NCBI GenBank assembly: GCA_963700635.1
Contig: CAVOYH010000003.1
Location: forward strand, 1,120,001-1,184,000
Source of the DNA: an uncultured Bacteroidota bacterium
Lineage (GTDB): Bacteria > Bacteroidota > Ignavibacteria > UBA10030 > UBA6906
DNA length: 64,000 nt
Direction of reading: 5' to 3'
The position numbers and the translations under genes were made by a program. The number at the start of each line of letters is the position of its first letter. Position 1 is the stretch's first letter. Of the stretch, positions 30,560 through 40,428 are shown piece after piece. The notes below the pieces were generated by a model. It had not been told where the DNA came from. It saw nothing but the letters and a program-made list of their open reading frames with translations, and made no database searches.

Positions 30560-31533
30560 TGCGCAGATCCCGTGGTGCAGGTCTTCAGATTGTCGCCGCA
30601 CTGTTGCTGGTGTGTTCCTTCGCGTCCGTTCACGCACAGGGGGTGTCTGCGCGGGCACGGTTGGACTCCACCGAGTATCTGCTCGGTGACAGAATTGTGG
30701 TCCGGGTGGATCTACGCCATCGGTCCGGACTCACCATTTCGCCTCTGGTGAGCGACACCATCGGGGGATTTACGGTCCTGGGACAGTCCGGTGTTCAGAG
30801 AGTCACAGATTCCACCAGTCGGGCGGAATTTGTGCTGGCAAAGTACGATTCAGGCGATGCAGTCATTCCCCCGCTTCCGTTCCTTTACTTCATGCCGGGA
30901 GATACAGCGTCACATGTCGCAACATCAAACCCGTTGCGCGTCCTGGTAAATACCGTGCCGCCTGATACAGGCGAAGACATCAAAGACGTCAAGCCGGTGA
31001 TGTCGCTCCCGCTGACCTGGGAAGATATCCTTCTGTACGCGGGAATCCTTCTTGCAGTGATTGGTCTGGGGTACGCCGCGTACTGGTTCTGGAAGCGGCG
31101 GAAGACCGGAGGTGGGGCCGATGGCTATCTTCCGCCGGCGCGGCCCGCGCACATGATTGCCATGGAAGAACTGGGCCGGCTGAAAACGAAAAAACTCTGG
31201 CAGCAGGGGGAAGTAAAACAGTACTATTCAGAACTGACGGAAATCCTCCGGCGGTATTTTGAGAACCGGTACAGACTTCCGGCTCTTGAAGAGACAACAG
31301 ATGAGATCATGGCCGGACTCCAGCGACTGCGGCCCGGTCCGGAGCTGCTCACCAGCACGGAAACAGTGCTGCGCAGAGCCGATCTTGTCAAGTTTGCAAA
31401 ACATCATCCCGCCGTGACCGAACATGAAGAGTCGCTGGCGGCGGTGTACACATTTGTCGACCGGACAAAGATTGTGGAGATGACGCCGGTGGAAGCCCCG
31501 GCGGTGAAGGACGGAAAGCATGTGGCATCCTAA
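30556..31533 (+). CDS. Bat-operon membrane protein (BatD-like/DUF4381-type)
   Basis: Signal peptide, Ig-like domain, IKDVKP-TM, YYSELTEILRRY, ADLVKFAK. Confidence 0.8.
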   Translation: MMRRSRGAGLQIVAALLLVCSFASVHAQGVSARARLDSTEYLLGDRIVVRVDLRHRSGLTISPLVSDTIGGFTVLGQSGVQRVTDSTSRAEFVLAKYDSGDAVIPPLPFLYFMPGDTASHVATSNPLRVLVNTVPPDTGEDIKDVKPVMSLPLTWEDILLYAGILLAVIGLGYAAYWFWKRRKTGGGADGYLPPARPAHMIAMEELGRLKTKKLWQQGEVKQYYSELTEILRRYFENRYRLPALEETTDEIMAGLQRLRPGPELLTSTETVLRRADLVKFAKHHPAVTEHEESLAAVYTFVDRTKIVEMTPVEAPAVKDGKHVAS

Positions 31534-32518
31534 CACCACCTTTGCGAATCCTGAATTCCTCTGGGGGTTGATCCTGATACCCCTGCTGGTGTACTGGTAT
31601 GTGCGCCGCCACGCAAGGATGAGCAGTGATCTGCGGTACTCCACGCTTGCGGCATTTGAAAACGCCAGACCGACGTGGCGTGAACGCATGCGCCACCTGC
31701 CCATGGTATTCAGGATGATCATCCTCGGATCGATTCTCGTCGGGCTGGCCCGCCCGCAGACGACTTCCCAGGGTGAAAATATTTATACCGAAGGAATCGA
31801 CATCGCACTGCTTCTGGATATCAGCGGCAGTATGCTCGCCGAAGACTTTCACCCGAACCGGATTCAGGCGGCGAAAGCGGTCGCCGAAGAATTTGTGAAC
31901 GGGCGTGCCAACGATCGTATCGGCCTTGTGATCTTTGCCGGACAGAGTTTCACCCAGTGTCCGATGACCCTTGACTACCGGGTTTTAAACGGACTCTTGA
32001 AACAGGTCAAGCCGGGGATGGTGGAAGATGGTACCGCCATCGGCATGGCCATCGCCCAGGGTGTAAACCGGCTTAAGGACGGGAAAGCGAAGAGCAAGGT
32101 GATGATCCTCCTGACCGATGGCGTCAACAACCGGGGGGAGATTGACCCTGTGACGGCTGCCCAGATCGCACAGACGTTCGCAATCCGGATTTATACTGTG
32201 GGCGTCGGTACCGTCGGCGAAGCGCCGTATCCCGTGCAAACCCCATTCGGTATTCGTTATCAGAATGTACCGGTGGATGTTGATGAGAAGACCCTGAATA
32301 CGATCGCGGACCTGACGGGCGGAAAGTATTTTCGTGCGAAAAACAACCGGGCGCTCAAAGACATCTACACGGAAATCGATCAGCTGGAGAAAACCCGCAT
32401 CGAGGTAAAATCCTATCGGTCATATGCAGAACAGTTCTATCCCTGGGTGTGGCTCGGTCTGGCCGGACTCATGCTGGAGCTCCTGTTCACGGGGACAATA
32501 CTAAGGAAATTGCCGTAA
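31520..32518 (+). CDS. batA: BatA vWA domain protein
   Basis: FANPEFL, LARPQ, DISGSM and LLTDGVNN motifs. Confidence 0.9.
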   Translation: MWHPNTTFANPEFLWGLILIPLLVYWYVRRHARMSSDLRYSTLAAFENARPTWRERMRHLPMVFRMIILGSILVGLARPQTTSQGENIYTEGIDIALLLDISGSMLAEDFHPNRIQAAKAVAEEFVNGRANDRIGLVIFAGQSFTQCPMTLDYRVLNGLLKQVKPGMVEDGTAIGMAIAQGVNRLKDGKAKSKVMILLTDGVNNRGEIDPVTAAQIAQTFAIRIYTVGVGTVGEAPYPVQTPFGIRYQNVPVDVDEKTLNTIADLTGGKYFRAKNNRALKDIYTEIDQLEKTRIEVKSYRSYAEQFYPWVWLGLAGLMLELLFTGTILRKLP

Positions 32519-33570
32519 TGGTCCGGTTTGTCAACGAGGAGTATCTCTACATTTTGCTGGTTATCCCTGCCGCACTCCTGCTCGCATGGTGGATGTGGAG
32601 CATACGCAGGAATGCGGCAGAACGATTCGCAGCAACAACGATGTTCCAGCGCCTGGCACCCGGTGCAAGTACGGTCAAACGCCCCGTGAAGTTCGGGCTC
32701 CTTCTCCTTGCCGCAGCTTTTCTCACGCTCGGCCTCGCAAATCTGCAGATTGGCACCCGTTTGCAGGAAGTAAAACAGGAGGGGGTCGATATCTTCATCG
32801 CGCTGGACCTGTCGCTCAGCATGAAGGCGGAGGACATCAAACCGAACCGGCTGGAGAAAGCCAAGCTGGAAATTCGCAACCTGATCGATCGTCTGGGCGG
32901 TGACCGGATTGGTTTGATCGTGTTTGCCGGTGAGGCATACACGCAGTTCCCTTTGACAACCGATTACAGCGCCGCCAATCTCTTTCTGGATGTCCTGGAT
33001 GTTGATGCCGTCTCTCTCCCCGGAACGGCTATCGGGATCGCCATCGAGCGTGCCACGGACTCGTTCGATTTCAAGGAGCAGACCAGCAAAGTGATCGTCA
33101 TTATCACTGACGGTGAAAATACTGACGGGGACGTATTTGAATCGGCCGAGGCTGCGGCAGCCAAAGGAGTAATGCTGTATACAATCGGCATGGGCTCGCC
33201 CACCGGGGCCCCGATCCCGGTGTACACTGCCGCCGGGCGCCAGACCGATTTCAAGCGTGACCGGGTGGGGAACGTCGTGGTTTCAAGGCTGGATGAAACA
33301 TCGCTGGAAAAGATTGCGGTCATCGGAAAAGGAAAATATTTCCGCGGAACCACCACCCAGGACGAGCTTGATGCCATCTACAAGGACGTCAGCGCTCTAC
33401 AAAAGAAGGAATTCGGGGTAAAACAGTTTACCGATTTTGAAGACAGGTTCCAGTTTTTTCTGGTGCCTGCGTTTGTGCTCCTGATGCTGGAATTGTTTTT
33501 ATCGGAAAAGAAGACACCATGGCTTTCGTTCGGCCGGGTGCTGCGGAAACAGGAGGAGGTGGAGGCATGA
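32518..33570 (+). CDS. batB: BatB vWA domain protein
   Basis: DLSLSMKAEDIKPNRL, PLTTDY and ITDGEN motifs. Confidence 0.9.
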   Translation: MVRFVNEEYLYILLVIPAALLLAWWMWSIRRNAAERFAATTMFQRLAPGASTVKRPVKFGLLLLAAAFLTLGLANLQIGTRLQEVKQEGVDIFIALDLSLSMKAEDIKPNRLEKAKLEIRNLIDRLGGDRIGLIVFAGEAYTQFPLTTDYSAANLFLDVLDVDAVSLPGTAIGIAIERATDSFDFKEQTSKVIVIITDGENTDGDVFESAEAAAAKGVMLYTIGMGSPTGAPIPVYTAAGRQTDFKRDRVGNVVVSRLDETSLEKIAVIGKGKYFRGTTTQDELDAIYKDVSALQKKEFGVKQFTDFEDRFQFFLVPAFVLLMLELFLSEKKTPWLSFGRVLRKQEEVEA

Positions 33571-34289
33571 TCCGCTGGCTTGTGCTTTTTACAGCGTTGT
33601 GTGCGATTGTCGCCGGGGAATCCTCCGCGCAATCGGTGCGGTCGCTGGTCAACGATGGAAACAATCAGTATGAAGACCTGAAGTATGCCGACGCGGAAAT
33701 TCAGTACCGCAAGGCGCTTGAGCAGGAACACCAGCTTGTACAGGGACACTTTAATCTGGGAAATGCGCTGTACAAGCAGGGGAAGTACGATGAAGCCGTC
33801 CGGGCATATGAGGCGGCCCGGCAGGAAACAAAAGAGGTGCGCACCAGGGCCGATGCGTCATACAACATCGGTAATGCCTATCTCAAGGCGCAGGACCCCC
33901 AGAAGGCGATCCAGGCGTACGTGGATGGACTCAAGCTGGATCCTGACGATCTCGAATCAAAGTACAATCTCTCGCACGCACTTCGTCTGTTGCAACAACA
34001 GCAGCAGCAAAATCAGCAACAGAACAAACAACAGGACAACAAAAAGAACAAGCAACAACAGCAAGATCAACAGCAACAGAATCAGGATCAAAAAGACAAA
34101 GAGCAACAACAACAGCAGCAAGACCAGCAGCAACAACAGCAACAGAAAAAAGAGCAACAGCAGCAGCGACAGATCTCCAAGGCCGACGCCGAACGTATTC
34201 TCGATGTGCTGAAGAACAACGAACGTGATATCCAGAAAAAGCGGCAGGCAAAACAGGCGGTCCGGGCACGCACAGAAAAAGACTGGTAG
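33567..34289 (+). CDS. batC: BatC TPR protein with Gln-rich linker
   Basis: TPRs (FNLGNALYKQ, YNIGNAY), poly-Q region, C-terminal EKDW. Confidence 0.9.
   Translation: MIRWLVLFTALCAIVAGESSAQSVRSLVNDGNNQYEDLKYADAEIQYRKALEQEHQLVQGHFNLGNALYKQGKYDEAVRAYEAARQETKEVRTRADASYNIGNAYLKAQDPQKAIQAYVDGLKLDPDDLESKYNLSHALRLLQQQQQQNQQQNKQQDNKKNKQQQQDQQQQNQDQKDKEQQQQQQDQQQQQQQKKEQQQQRQISKADAERILDVLKNNERDIQKKRQAKQAVRARTEKDW
33993..34167 (+). repeat. CAA/CAG-rich low-complexity tract encoding the BatC Q/N/K linker
   Basis: Runs of CAA/CAG codons (QQQQQQNQQQNKQQD...). Confidence 0.85.
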
Positions 34290-34290
34290 G

Positions 34291-36138
34291 ATGAACGCGC
34301 GACTATTCCTCTGGATTGTTGTGATGCTCGTGTTTCGAACCGCGGGCAGCAATGGTCAGAACATCGTGTTTGAAGCTGCGGTGGACCGTACGACCGTGGG
34401 CATCGGCGAGCAATTCACCTTCTCGCTTACCCTTACCGGGCAAACCGTGGGCGGTGGAAAAAACATACAACTCCCCGACCTGAGTAAATTTCACATCATG
34501 GCGGGCCCGAATCAATCCAGCAGCATGCAAATTATCAATGGTGCGGTCTCCGCGTCTGCGACGTATTCGTATGTGCTACAACCCCGGGAGATAGGCCGAT
34601 TTGCTATCGGACCGGCCAGCATCGAGGCGGGAGGGGGCGTCCATAAGACACAACCGCTGACCATTGAAGTTGTCAAAGCGGCGCAACGGCAAAGCCCACA
34701 GGCTGCAACGGGAGAGCCGGCTTCAGCGGACATGGGTGAGAATCTGTTCCTCCGCGCCGTGGTGGACAGGTCACGTGTGTCGCGGGGAGAACAAATAAAC
34801 CTTGTCTTCAAGTTGTACACGCGTGTTTCCGTCGTGAATTATGCCGTTACCAAGAATCCTGCCATGACCGGATTCTGGAGTGAGGACGTCGAAATCCCCA
34901 AGAACATCACGCTCACAGCAGAAACAATAAACGGAAAAGCGTACCGGGTGGGGGTGATCAAAAGAGCTGCACTCTTCCCGACGCAGGCCGGGACACTGGA
35001 AATCGGTTCCATGGAAGTGCAGGCCACCGTTCAACTTCCACAGGCGAGATCCAGTGATCCTTTTGAGTCGTTCTTCCGCGATCCGTTCGGGCGGAATGTG
35101 AATTACGCTACGGCAAGTCCGGCAGTCAAAATTGAGGTGGAACCCCTGCCCGGAACTGCACCTTCAGATTTTAAGGGAGCCATCGGTCAATTTGCCATGA
35201 GCACGGCGGTTGACAGGAAAACCACGCGGACCAACGAGCCCGTCAGCCTCAAAGTCACGCTTTCCGGGACAGGGAACATAAAACTCCTTGAAGCCCCGAC
35301 TCTTGAAATGCCGCCGGATTTTGAACAGTACACGCCCAAGGTCACGGAATCCATCAATCGTAGTCAGGGACGCATCAGCGGGAGCAAGACATTTGAGTAT
35401 CTTCTGATCCCGCGTTATCCCGGGTTAAAGGTGATCAAACCGGTGACGATGTCGTACTTTGATTTGAAGAAACGGGAATACGTGCGGCTCCGTTCACCGC
35501 AAATCGAACTCAACGTGGAGCAGGGAACCGCACCGCTCGCACCAATGGTCGCGGGGGTCTCACGGGAAGATGTCCGCCTGCTGAGCCAGGATATCCGGTT
35601 CATCAAGGTGGCCACTCCGGCATTTGTGCGGGGCGGTGAACAGTTGTACTCGCGTCCGTTCTTCCTTGTGCTCGTGCTCCTGCCACTGCTGGGTCTCGGT
35701 GGTGCCTATCTGTATGCACGGCAGCGGCAGGTGGTCATGCAGGATCAGGCCGGATACCGTTATCGGAAGGCGATAAAGGTCGCACAGAAAGGCCTGCGCG
35801 AGGCGGAGTATATCTTGAAAGACAAGTCCCGGCAAACCGCAGAACCGACAGCCAAACAACGGCTCCGGTTCTATTCTGAAGTCTCCCGTGCGCTCTGGAA
35901 GTACCTCAGCGACAAGCTCAATATCCCGCAGGCATTATTTTCGGTGGACGGAGCGGTTTCTGAGCTTCAATCGAGGGGGGTGAAGGAGAGCCTCGTCGCG
36001 GACCTCCGTGGAATTCTCGAAATCTGCGATCTTGCGCGTTTTGCACCAACGAGTCTTGAGCTGTCAGCGATGCAAAAGACGTATGATGACGCGCGCCGTG
36101 TCATTGTGGAGCTGGAACGGACGCTGAAAACCCGATGA
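34291..36138 (+). CDS. batD: BatD family protein
   Basis: Signal peptide, GPNQSSSMQIING, tandem Ig-like domains, C-terminal TM and helical domain. Confidence 0.88.
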   Translation: MNARLFLWIVVMLVFRTAGSNGQNIVFEAAVDRTTVGIGEQFTFSLTLTGQTVGGGKNIQLPDLSKFHIMAGPNQSSSMQIINGAVSASATYSYVLQPREIGRFAIGPASIEAGGGVHKTQPLTIEVVKAAQRQSPQAATGEPASADMGENLFLRAVVDRSRVSRGEQINLVFKLYTRVSVVNYAVTKNPAMTGFWSEDVEIPKNITLTAETINGKAYRVGVIKRAALFPTQAGTLEIGSMEVQATVQLPQARSSDPFESFFRDPFGRNVNYATASPAVKIEVEPLPGTAPSDFKGAIGQFAMSTAVDRKTTRTNEPVSLKVTLSGTGNIKLLEAPTLEMPPDFEQYTPKVTESINRSQGRISGSKTFEYLLIPRYPGLKVIKPVTMSYFDLKKREYVRLRSPQIELNVEQGTAPLAPMVAGVSREDVRLLSQDIRFIKVATPAFVRGGEQLYSRPFFLVLVLLPLLGLGGAYLYARQRQVVMQDQAGYRYRKAIKVAQKGLREAEYILKDKSRQTAEPTAKQRLRFYSEVSRALWKYLSDKLNIPQALFSVDGAVSELQSRGVKESLVADLRGILEICDLARFAPTSLELSAMQKTYDDARRVIVELERTLKTR

Positions 36139-36890
36139 GAAAACTGATCCTTCTTGCCGCCGCGCTGTTCTCCGCGCAACTCCTTCTTGCCCAGACAGCG
36201 GAACACCAATTTCAGCAGGGGAATGCCCTCTATCAGCAAGGCGACTACGCCGCCGCTGCGGCCGCCTACGAGAAGATCCTCCAGGCGGGATACACAGGCG
36301 GAGAGCTCACATTCAATCTCGCCAACGCATACTATAAGCAGGGGCAGATGGGAAGGGCTATACTGTATTACGAGCGCGCCTTGCGGTTCCTTCCCGGAGA
36401 CGGTGATGTCCGCCACAATCTGGAGCTTGCGAACATGCAGATTGTTGACAAGATTGAACCTGCACCGCGGCTCTTCCTCTGGGATATGTGGGATGATGTC
36501 AAGGACGCGTTTTCCCTGGATGGCATCACATGGATGACGTATCTCTTCTTTGTGCTTGTCGCGGCTGCAGGTACGATTGTAATTCTGGCACGGAGCTACA
36601 CCATTCGCAAAGCAGGACTGCTTGGGATTCTGACGGGCGGGGTGCTTCTTTTCGTCAGCGCCTCCATTCTTATCGGCAAAGCGGCAGAAGTCAGCCGGGC
36701 CGATGATGCGGTCATCACGGCGGCGATTGTGACGGTCAAGAATTCCCCCGATCCCAAGAGCAGTGACGCCTTTGTCCTCCATGCCGGCGTCAAAGTGCGG
36801 ATTACGGAATCCATCGGTGAATGGGTGCGTATACGCCTCGCCGATGGGAAAATAGGGTGGGTGCAGCTGGAAATGGCCGAGAGAATTTGA
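36135..36890 (+). CDS. batE: BatE TPR + SH3b protein
   Basis: FNLANAYYK..AILYYERAL, two TM helices, LHAGVKV..WVRIRLADGKIGW. Confidence 0.88.
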   Translation: MRKLILLAAALFSAQLLLAQTAEHQFQQGNALYQQGDYAAAAAAYEKILQAGYTGGELTFNLANAYYKQGQMGRAILYYERALRFLPGDGDVRHNLELANMQIVDKIEPAPRLFLWDMWDDVKDAFSLDGITWMTYLFFVLVAAAGTIVILARSYTIRKAGLLGILTGGVLLFVSASILIGKAAEVSRADDAVITAAIVTVKNSPDPKSSDAFVLHAGVKVRITESIGEWVRIRLADGKIGWVQLEMAERI

Positions 36891-36936
36891 GACGCATGAA
36901 GTGCCTACCCCGGAGGCCGGGAGGAAGAAGGGGAGA

Positions 36937-37656
36937 TTAGAAGCGGTACGTCCAGTCATGGTTGAGATAGCGGGTTTCAGCCAGTGAACGAACAGCTTCG
37001 AGGGGGAACGGGCCATACGCGGTGTCGGCAGACCACCCTTTGCGCAGTGCCCCGATGAGAGTGGCCGCCCCGAGAGGAATGTTCGTCAGGAAGTCTGCGT
37101 GCGACCTGCCTGACCTGTATTCCGGCTGAGAGGAAGGGAAGGGAATCAAGACTTCGATCATGGAAAGATCGAAGGCAAGAAGGAACGTGCCGTGAAACAG
37201 CAGCGCATGTTCCTTCCTGCGTTGTGCATTACCCGAAAATTTGCGGTTGTCGCAAACAAGGTCCGTGTGACCGCGGAGATCCACGGGAGTGTTGAGAAGG
37301 GGTCCGATTATGTCAGCCATACGCCGGAGAACATAGGTGTTGGATGTGGAAATCGCGCTCAGATCAGGATCACGTTCCATACGTAAGACGAGCGAATAGT
37401 TGAGGCAGCCGGGACCCTGAACTACAGTGCCACCTCCGCTTGTTCTACGATAGAGGGGGATCGCCCGTGTCACGCACGTATCAATATTCACCTCCTGCAT
37501 GATGCGATTGGTATACCCGGAGACGACAAAATATGTCTCCGGCTGCCAGATACGAAGGGTCTCGTATGCAGGATCGGCTTCGCAGGCGTCCAGCAACACG
37601 TCGTCACACGCCAGCTGCAGGGCAGGCGTCATGAAGGCATAATCAAAAAAGCGCAC
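36937..37656 (-). CDS. lplA: Lipoate-protein ligase A family protein
   Basis: RRTSGGGTV, RKFSGNAQ and HGTFL motifs; divergent from the PDH operon; GTG start inferred. Confidence 0.87.
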   Translation of the reverse strand: MRFFDYAFMTPALQLACDDVLLDACEADPAYETLRIWQPETYFVVSGYTNRIMQEVNIDTCVTRAIPLYRRTSGGGTVVQGPGCLNYSLVLRMERDPDLSAISTSNTYVLRRMADIIGPLLNTPVDLRGHTDLVCDNRKFSGNAQRRKEHALLFHGTFLLAFDLSMIEVLIPFPSSQPEYRSGRSHADFLTNIPLGAATLIGALRKGWSADTAYGPFPLEAVRSLAETRYLNHDWTYRF

Positions 37657-37725
37657 GCCGTTTTCGGGTTGTGTGATGGTCAGGAAACACGTACATTGAG
37701 CTGTCCTTTGACAGGTGAATCTCCG

Positions 37726-40419
37726 GTGAAAACAAAACATACAAAACAAGAGACTCCGCCGCAAGCGGATCGTAACGGCCAGGATAGGTGGCTGGATTCC
37801 ATAGAACTGGTTCTTGAGTCAGTGCTCAGGGATCAACCCGCCGAAAAGCTGCCGCTGCTTTTTGAGAGACTCAAGGAACGGCTGCGGCAGGCCGGGCTGC
37901 GCATCCCGGTTTCTGTCAACACACCCTATCTGAATACTATCCGGCCTGAAGATGAGCCCGCATATCCCGGTGATCGGGAGATTGAGCGGCGTATCAAAAG
38001 TTATATCCGGTGGAATGCGATGGCAATGGTTGTGAATGCCAATCGAGCACACAGCGGACTTGGCGGGCACATCTCCACCTATGCGTCGTCGGCAACACTC
38101 TATGAAGTGGCGTTTAATCACTTCTTCCACGGTGCTACGGCTGATCGGCAAGGGGATATGGTCTACTTTCAGGGACATGCTTCGCCGGGCATCTATGCCC
38201 GGGCGTTTCTGGAAGGCCGGATCGACGTCCAGCAACTCCACTATTTCCGGCAGGAATTGGCGCGAACCGGGGGTCTTTCTTCCTACCCGCACCCGTATCT
38301 TATGCCCGATTTCTGGCAATTCCCGACGGTCTCCATGGGACTCGGGCCGATCATGTCAATCTATCAGGCGCGGTTCAACCGGTATCTGAAAGCACGCGGG
38401 TTACTCCAAGGTGAAGAGTCCAAGGTCTGGTGCTTCGCCGGTGATGGTGAATCTGACGAGCCCGAAACACTGGGCGCGCTCACCCTCGCTTCACGCGAAG
38501 GACTGGATAATCTCATCTGGGTTGTGAACTGCAATCTGCAGCGCCTTGACGGGCCGGTGCGTGGAAACGGGAAGATCATCCAGGAACTGGAAGCCGCGTT
38601 CCGGGGTGCAGGATGGAATGTGCTCAAGGTTGTGTGGGGCTCGGACTGGGATCCGCTGCTTGCAGCGGACTCTGACGGCCTGCTGATCCGGCGGATGGAA
38701 GAAGCTGTCGACGGTGAGTATCAGAAGTACTCCGTGGAGCCCGGAAGTTACACCCGGAAACAGTTCTTCGGAAAGCATCCCGCGCTGGCTGCCATGGTGA
38801 ACCACCTGACTGACGATCAGATCCGGAAACTGCGGCGCGGTGGCCACGATCCCAAAAAAGTTTATGCGGCATACAAAGCTGCGATAGAACACCGCGGAGC
38901 CCCCACGGTAATCCTTGCGAAGACGGTGAAGGGATACGGGCTGGGTGAAGCGGGGGAAGGGCGTAATGTTACCCATCAGCAGAAAAAGCTGAACGAAAAG
39001 GAGCTCCGCGAGTTCCGGGTGCGGTTCGGCATTCCGATCAGCGATGAGGAAGTGGTGAACACGCCCTTCTATCGACCGCCCGACGACAGTCCGGAAATGG
39101 CATATCTTCGCGAGCGCCGCAATGCGCTGGGTGGATCACTGCCCAAACGTACTGTTACGGTGCCGCCACTGGAGATGCCGGAACTGGAAAGTTACAGCGA
39201 ATTTCTGAAAGGCACCGGTCATACCGAAGTATCCACAACAATGGCATTCGTACGAATGCTCGGAATGCTGCTGCGCAACAAGAGCATCGGCCGGACTATT
39301 GTGCCGATTATTCCTGATGAGGCGCGTACGTTCGGGATGGATCCGCTCTTTCGGGAAATCGGCATCTATTCTCCCAAAGGACAGCTGTACGAGCCGGTGG
39401 ACCGTGAATCCCTGTTGTTTTACCGCGAAAGCAAGGATGGACAGATCCTCGAAGAGGGAATCACCGAAGCCGGAGCAATGTCGTCATTTATCGCCGCGGC
39501 GACCTCCTACGCAAACCACGGCGTCAATATGATTCCGTTCTTCATCTATTATTCCATGTTCGGGTTCCAGCGTATCGGCGATCTGGCCTGGGCCGCAGGC
39601 GACATGAAAGCCAAGGGGTTTATGCTTGGCGCAACTGCGGGACGGACTACCCTTAACGGTGAAGGCCTGCAGCACGAAGACGGACATAGCCACCTGCTGG
39701 CGACTACCGTTCCCAACCTGCGCACCTATGATCCTGCCTTTGCATACGAAACAGCGGTCATTGTGCAGGATGGCCTGCGCCGCATGTATACGGAAGGGGA
39801 GGAAGTCTTTTATTATATCACCCTGTACAACGAGAATTATCCGATGCCTCCCATGCCCGAAGGTGTCACGGAGGGAATTCTGAAAGGGCTCTATCGCTTC
39901 CGTCGGGCCGAAGGGACGGGCAAATACAAGGCTCAGATTCTGGCCAGCGGACCGATTCTCCGGCAGGCTTTGCGGGCCCAGGAAATCCTCAGGGATCAAT
40001 TTTACGTGTCAGCGGATATCTGGAGCGCAACAAGTTACAAAATGCTCCGGAACGAAGCTCTTAATGTACAGCGGTGGAATATGCTGCACCCGACAGCGGA
40101 GCGGCGGATATCCTACGTGGAACAGACCCTGCAAGCCGAACAGGGACCGTTTGTGGCCGTGTCGGACTACATGAAGCTCGTGCCGGATCAGATTGCGCCG
40201 TGGGTGCCGGGCGGACTCATGACGCTCGGGACTGACGGGTTCGGGAGGAGCGACACTCGGCCCGCGTTGCGCCGATTCTTTGAGATTGATGCTGAGAGTA
40301 TTGTCATGGCGACCCTGTACGCCCTTGCGGAGCAGGGTCAGTACGAACATTCGGCGGTGGCGAAAGCGATTCGGGATCTTGGGATCGATCCGGAAAAACA
40401 ATTTCCGTTAATAGTCTGA
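37726..40419 (+). CDS. aceE: Pyruvate dehydrogenase E1, homodimeric type
   Basis: GGHISTYAS, QFPTVSMGLG, GDGESDEPE..NCNLQRLDGP, EEGITEAG and GRTTLNGEGLQH motifs. Confidence 0.96.
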   Translation: MKTKHTKQETPPQADRNGQDRWLDSIELVLESVLRDQPAEKLPLLFERLKERLRQAGLRIPVSVNTPYLNTIRPEDEPAYPGDREIERRIKSYIRWNAMAMVVNANRAHSGLGGHISTYASSATLYEVAFNHFFHGATADRQGDMVYFQGHASPGIYARAFLEGRIDVQQLHYFRQELARTGGLSSYPHPYLMPDFWQFPTVSMGLGPIMSIYQARFNRYLKARGLLQGEESKVWCFAGDGESDEPETLGALTLASREGLDNLIWVVNCNLQRLDGPVRGNGKIIQELEAAFRGAGWNVLKVVWGSDWDPLLAADSDGLLIRRMEEAVDGEYQKYSVEPGSYTRKQFFGKHPALAAMVNHLTDDQIRKLRRGGHDPKKVYAAYKAAIEHRGAPTVILAKTVKGYGLGEAGEGRNVTHQQKKLNEKELREFRVRFGIPISDEEVVNTPFYRPPDDSPEMAYLRERRNALGGSLPKRTVTVPPLEMPELESYSEFLKGTGHTEVSTTMAFVRMLGMLLRNKSIGRTIVPIIPDEARTFGMDPLFREIGIYSPKGQLYEPVDRESLLFYRESKDGQILEEGITEAGAMSSFIAAATSYANHGVNMIPFFIYYSMFGFQRIGDLAWAAGDMKAKGFMLGATAGRTTLNGEGLQHEDGHSHLLATTVPNLRTYDPAFAYETAVIVQDGLRRMYTEGEEVFYYITLYNENYPMPPMPEGVTEGILKGLYRFRRAEGTGKYKAQILASGPILRQALRAQEILRDQFYVSADIWSATSYKMLRNEALNVQRWNMLHPTAERRISYVEQTLQAEQGPFVAVSDYMKLVPDQIAPWVPGGLMTLGTDGFGRSDTRPALRRFFEIDAESIVMATLYALAEQGQYEHSAVAKAIRDLGIDPEKQFPLIV

Positions 40420-40428
40420 GGCGCAGGA

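Noticed and set aside
29489-30658. Long antisense ORFs (this one, also 35967-37016, 57092-58051, 56410-57273, 27097-28023, 23078-23938)
   Set aside because: They are shadows of well-supported genes on the opposite strand in GC-rich DNA and have no recognisable motifs.
28636-36890. MoxR-DUF58-BatABCDE operon as a novel system
   Set aside because: It is a well-described, widespread operon in canonical order; the poly-Q linker is normal for BatC.
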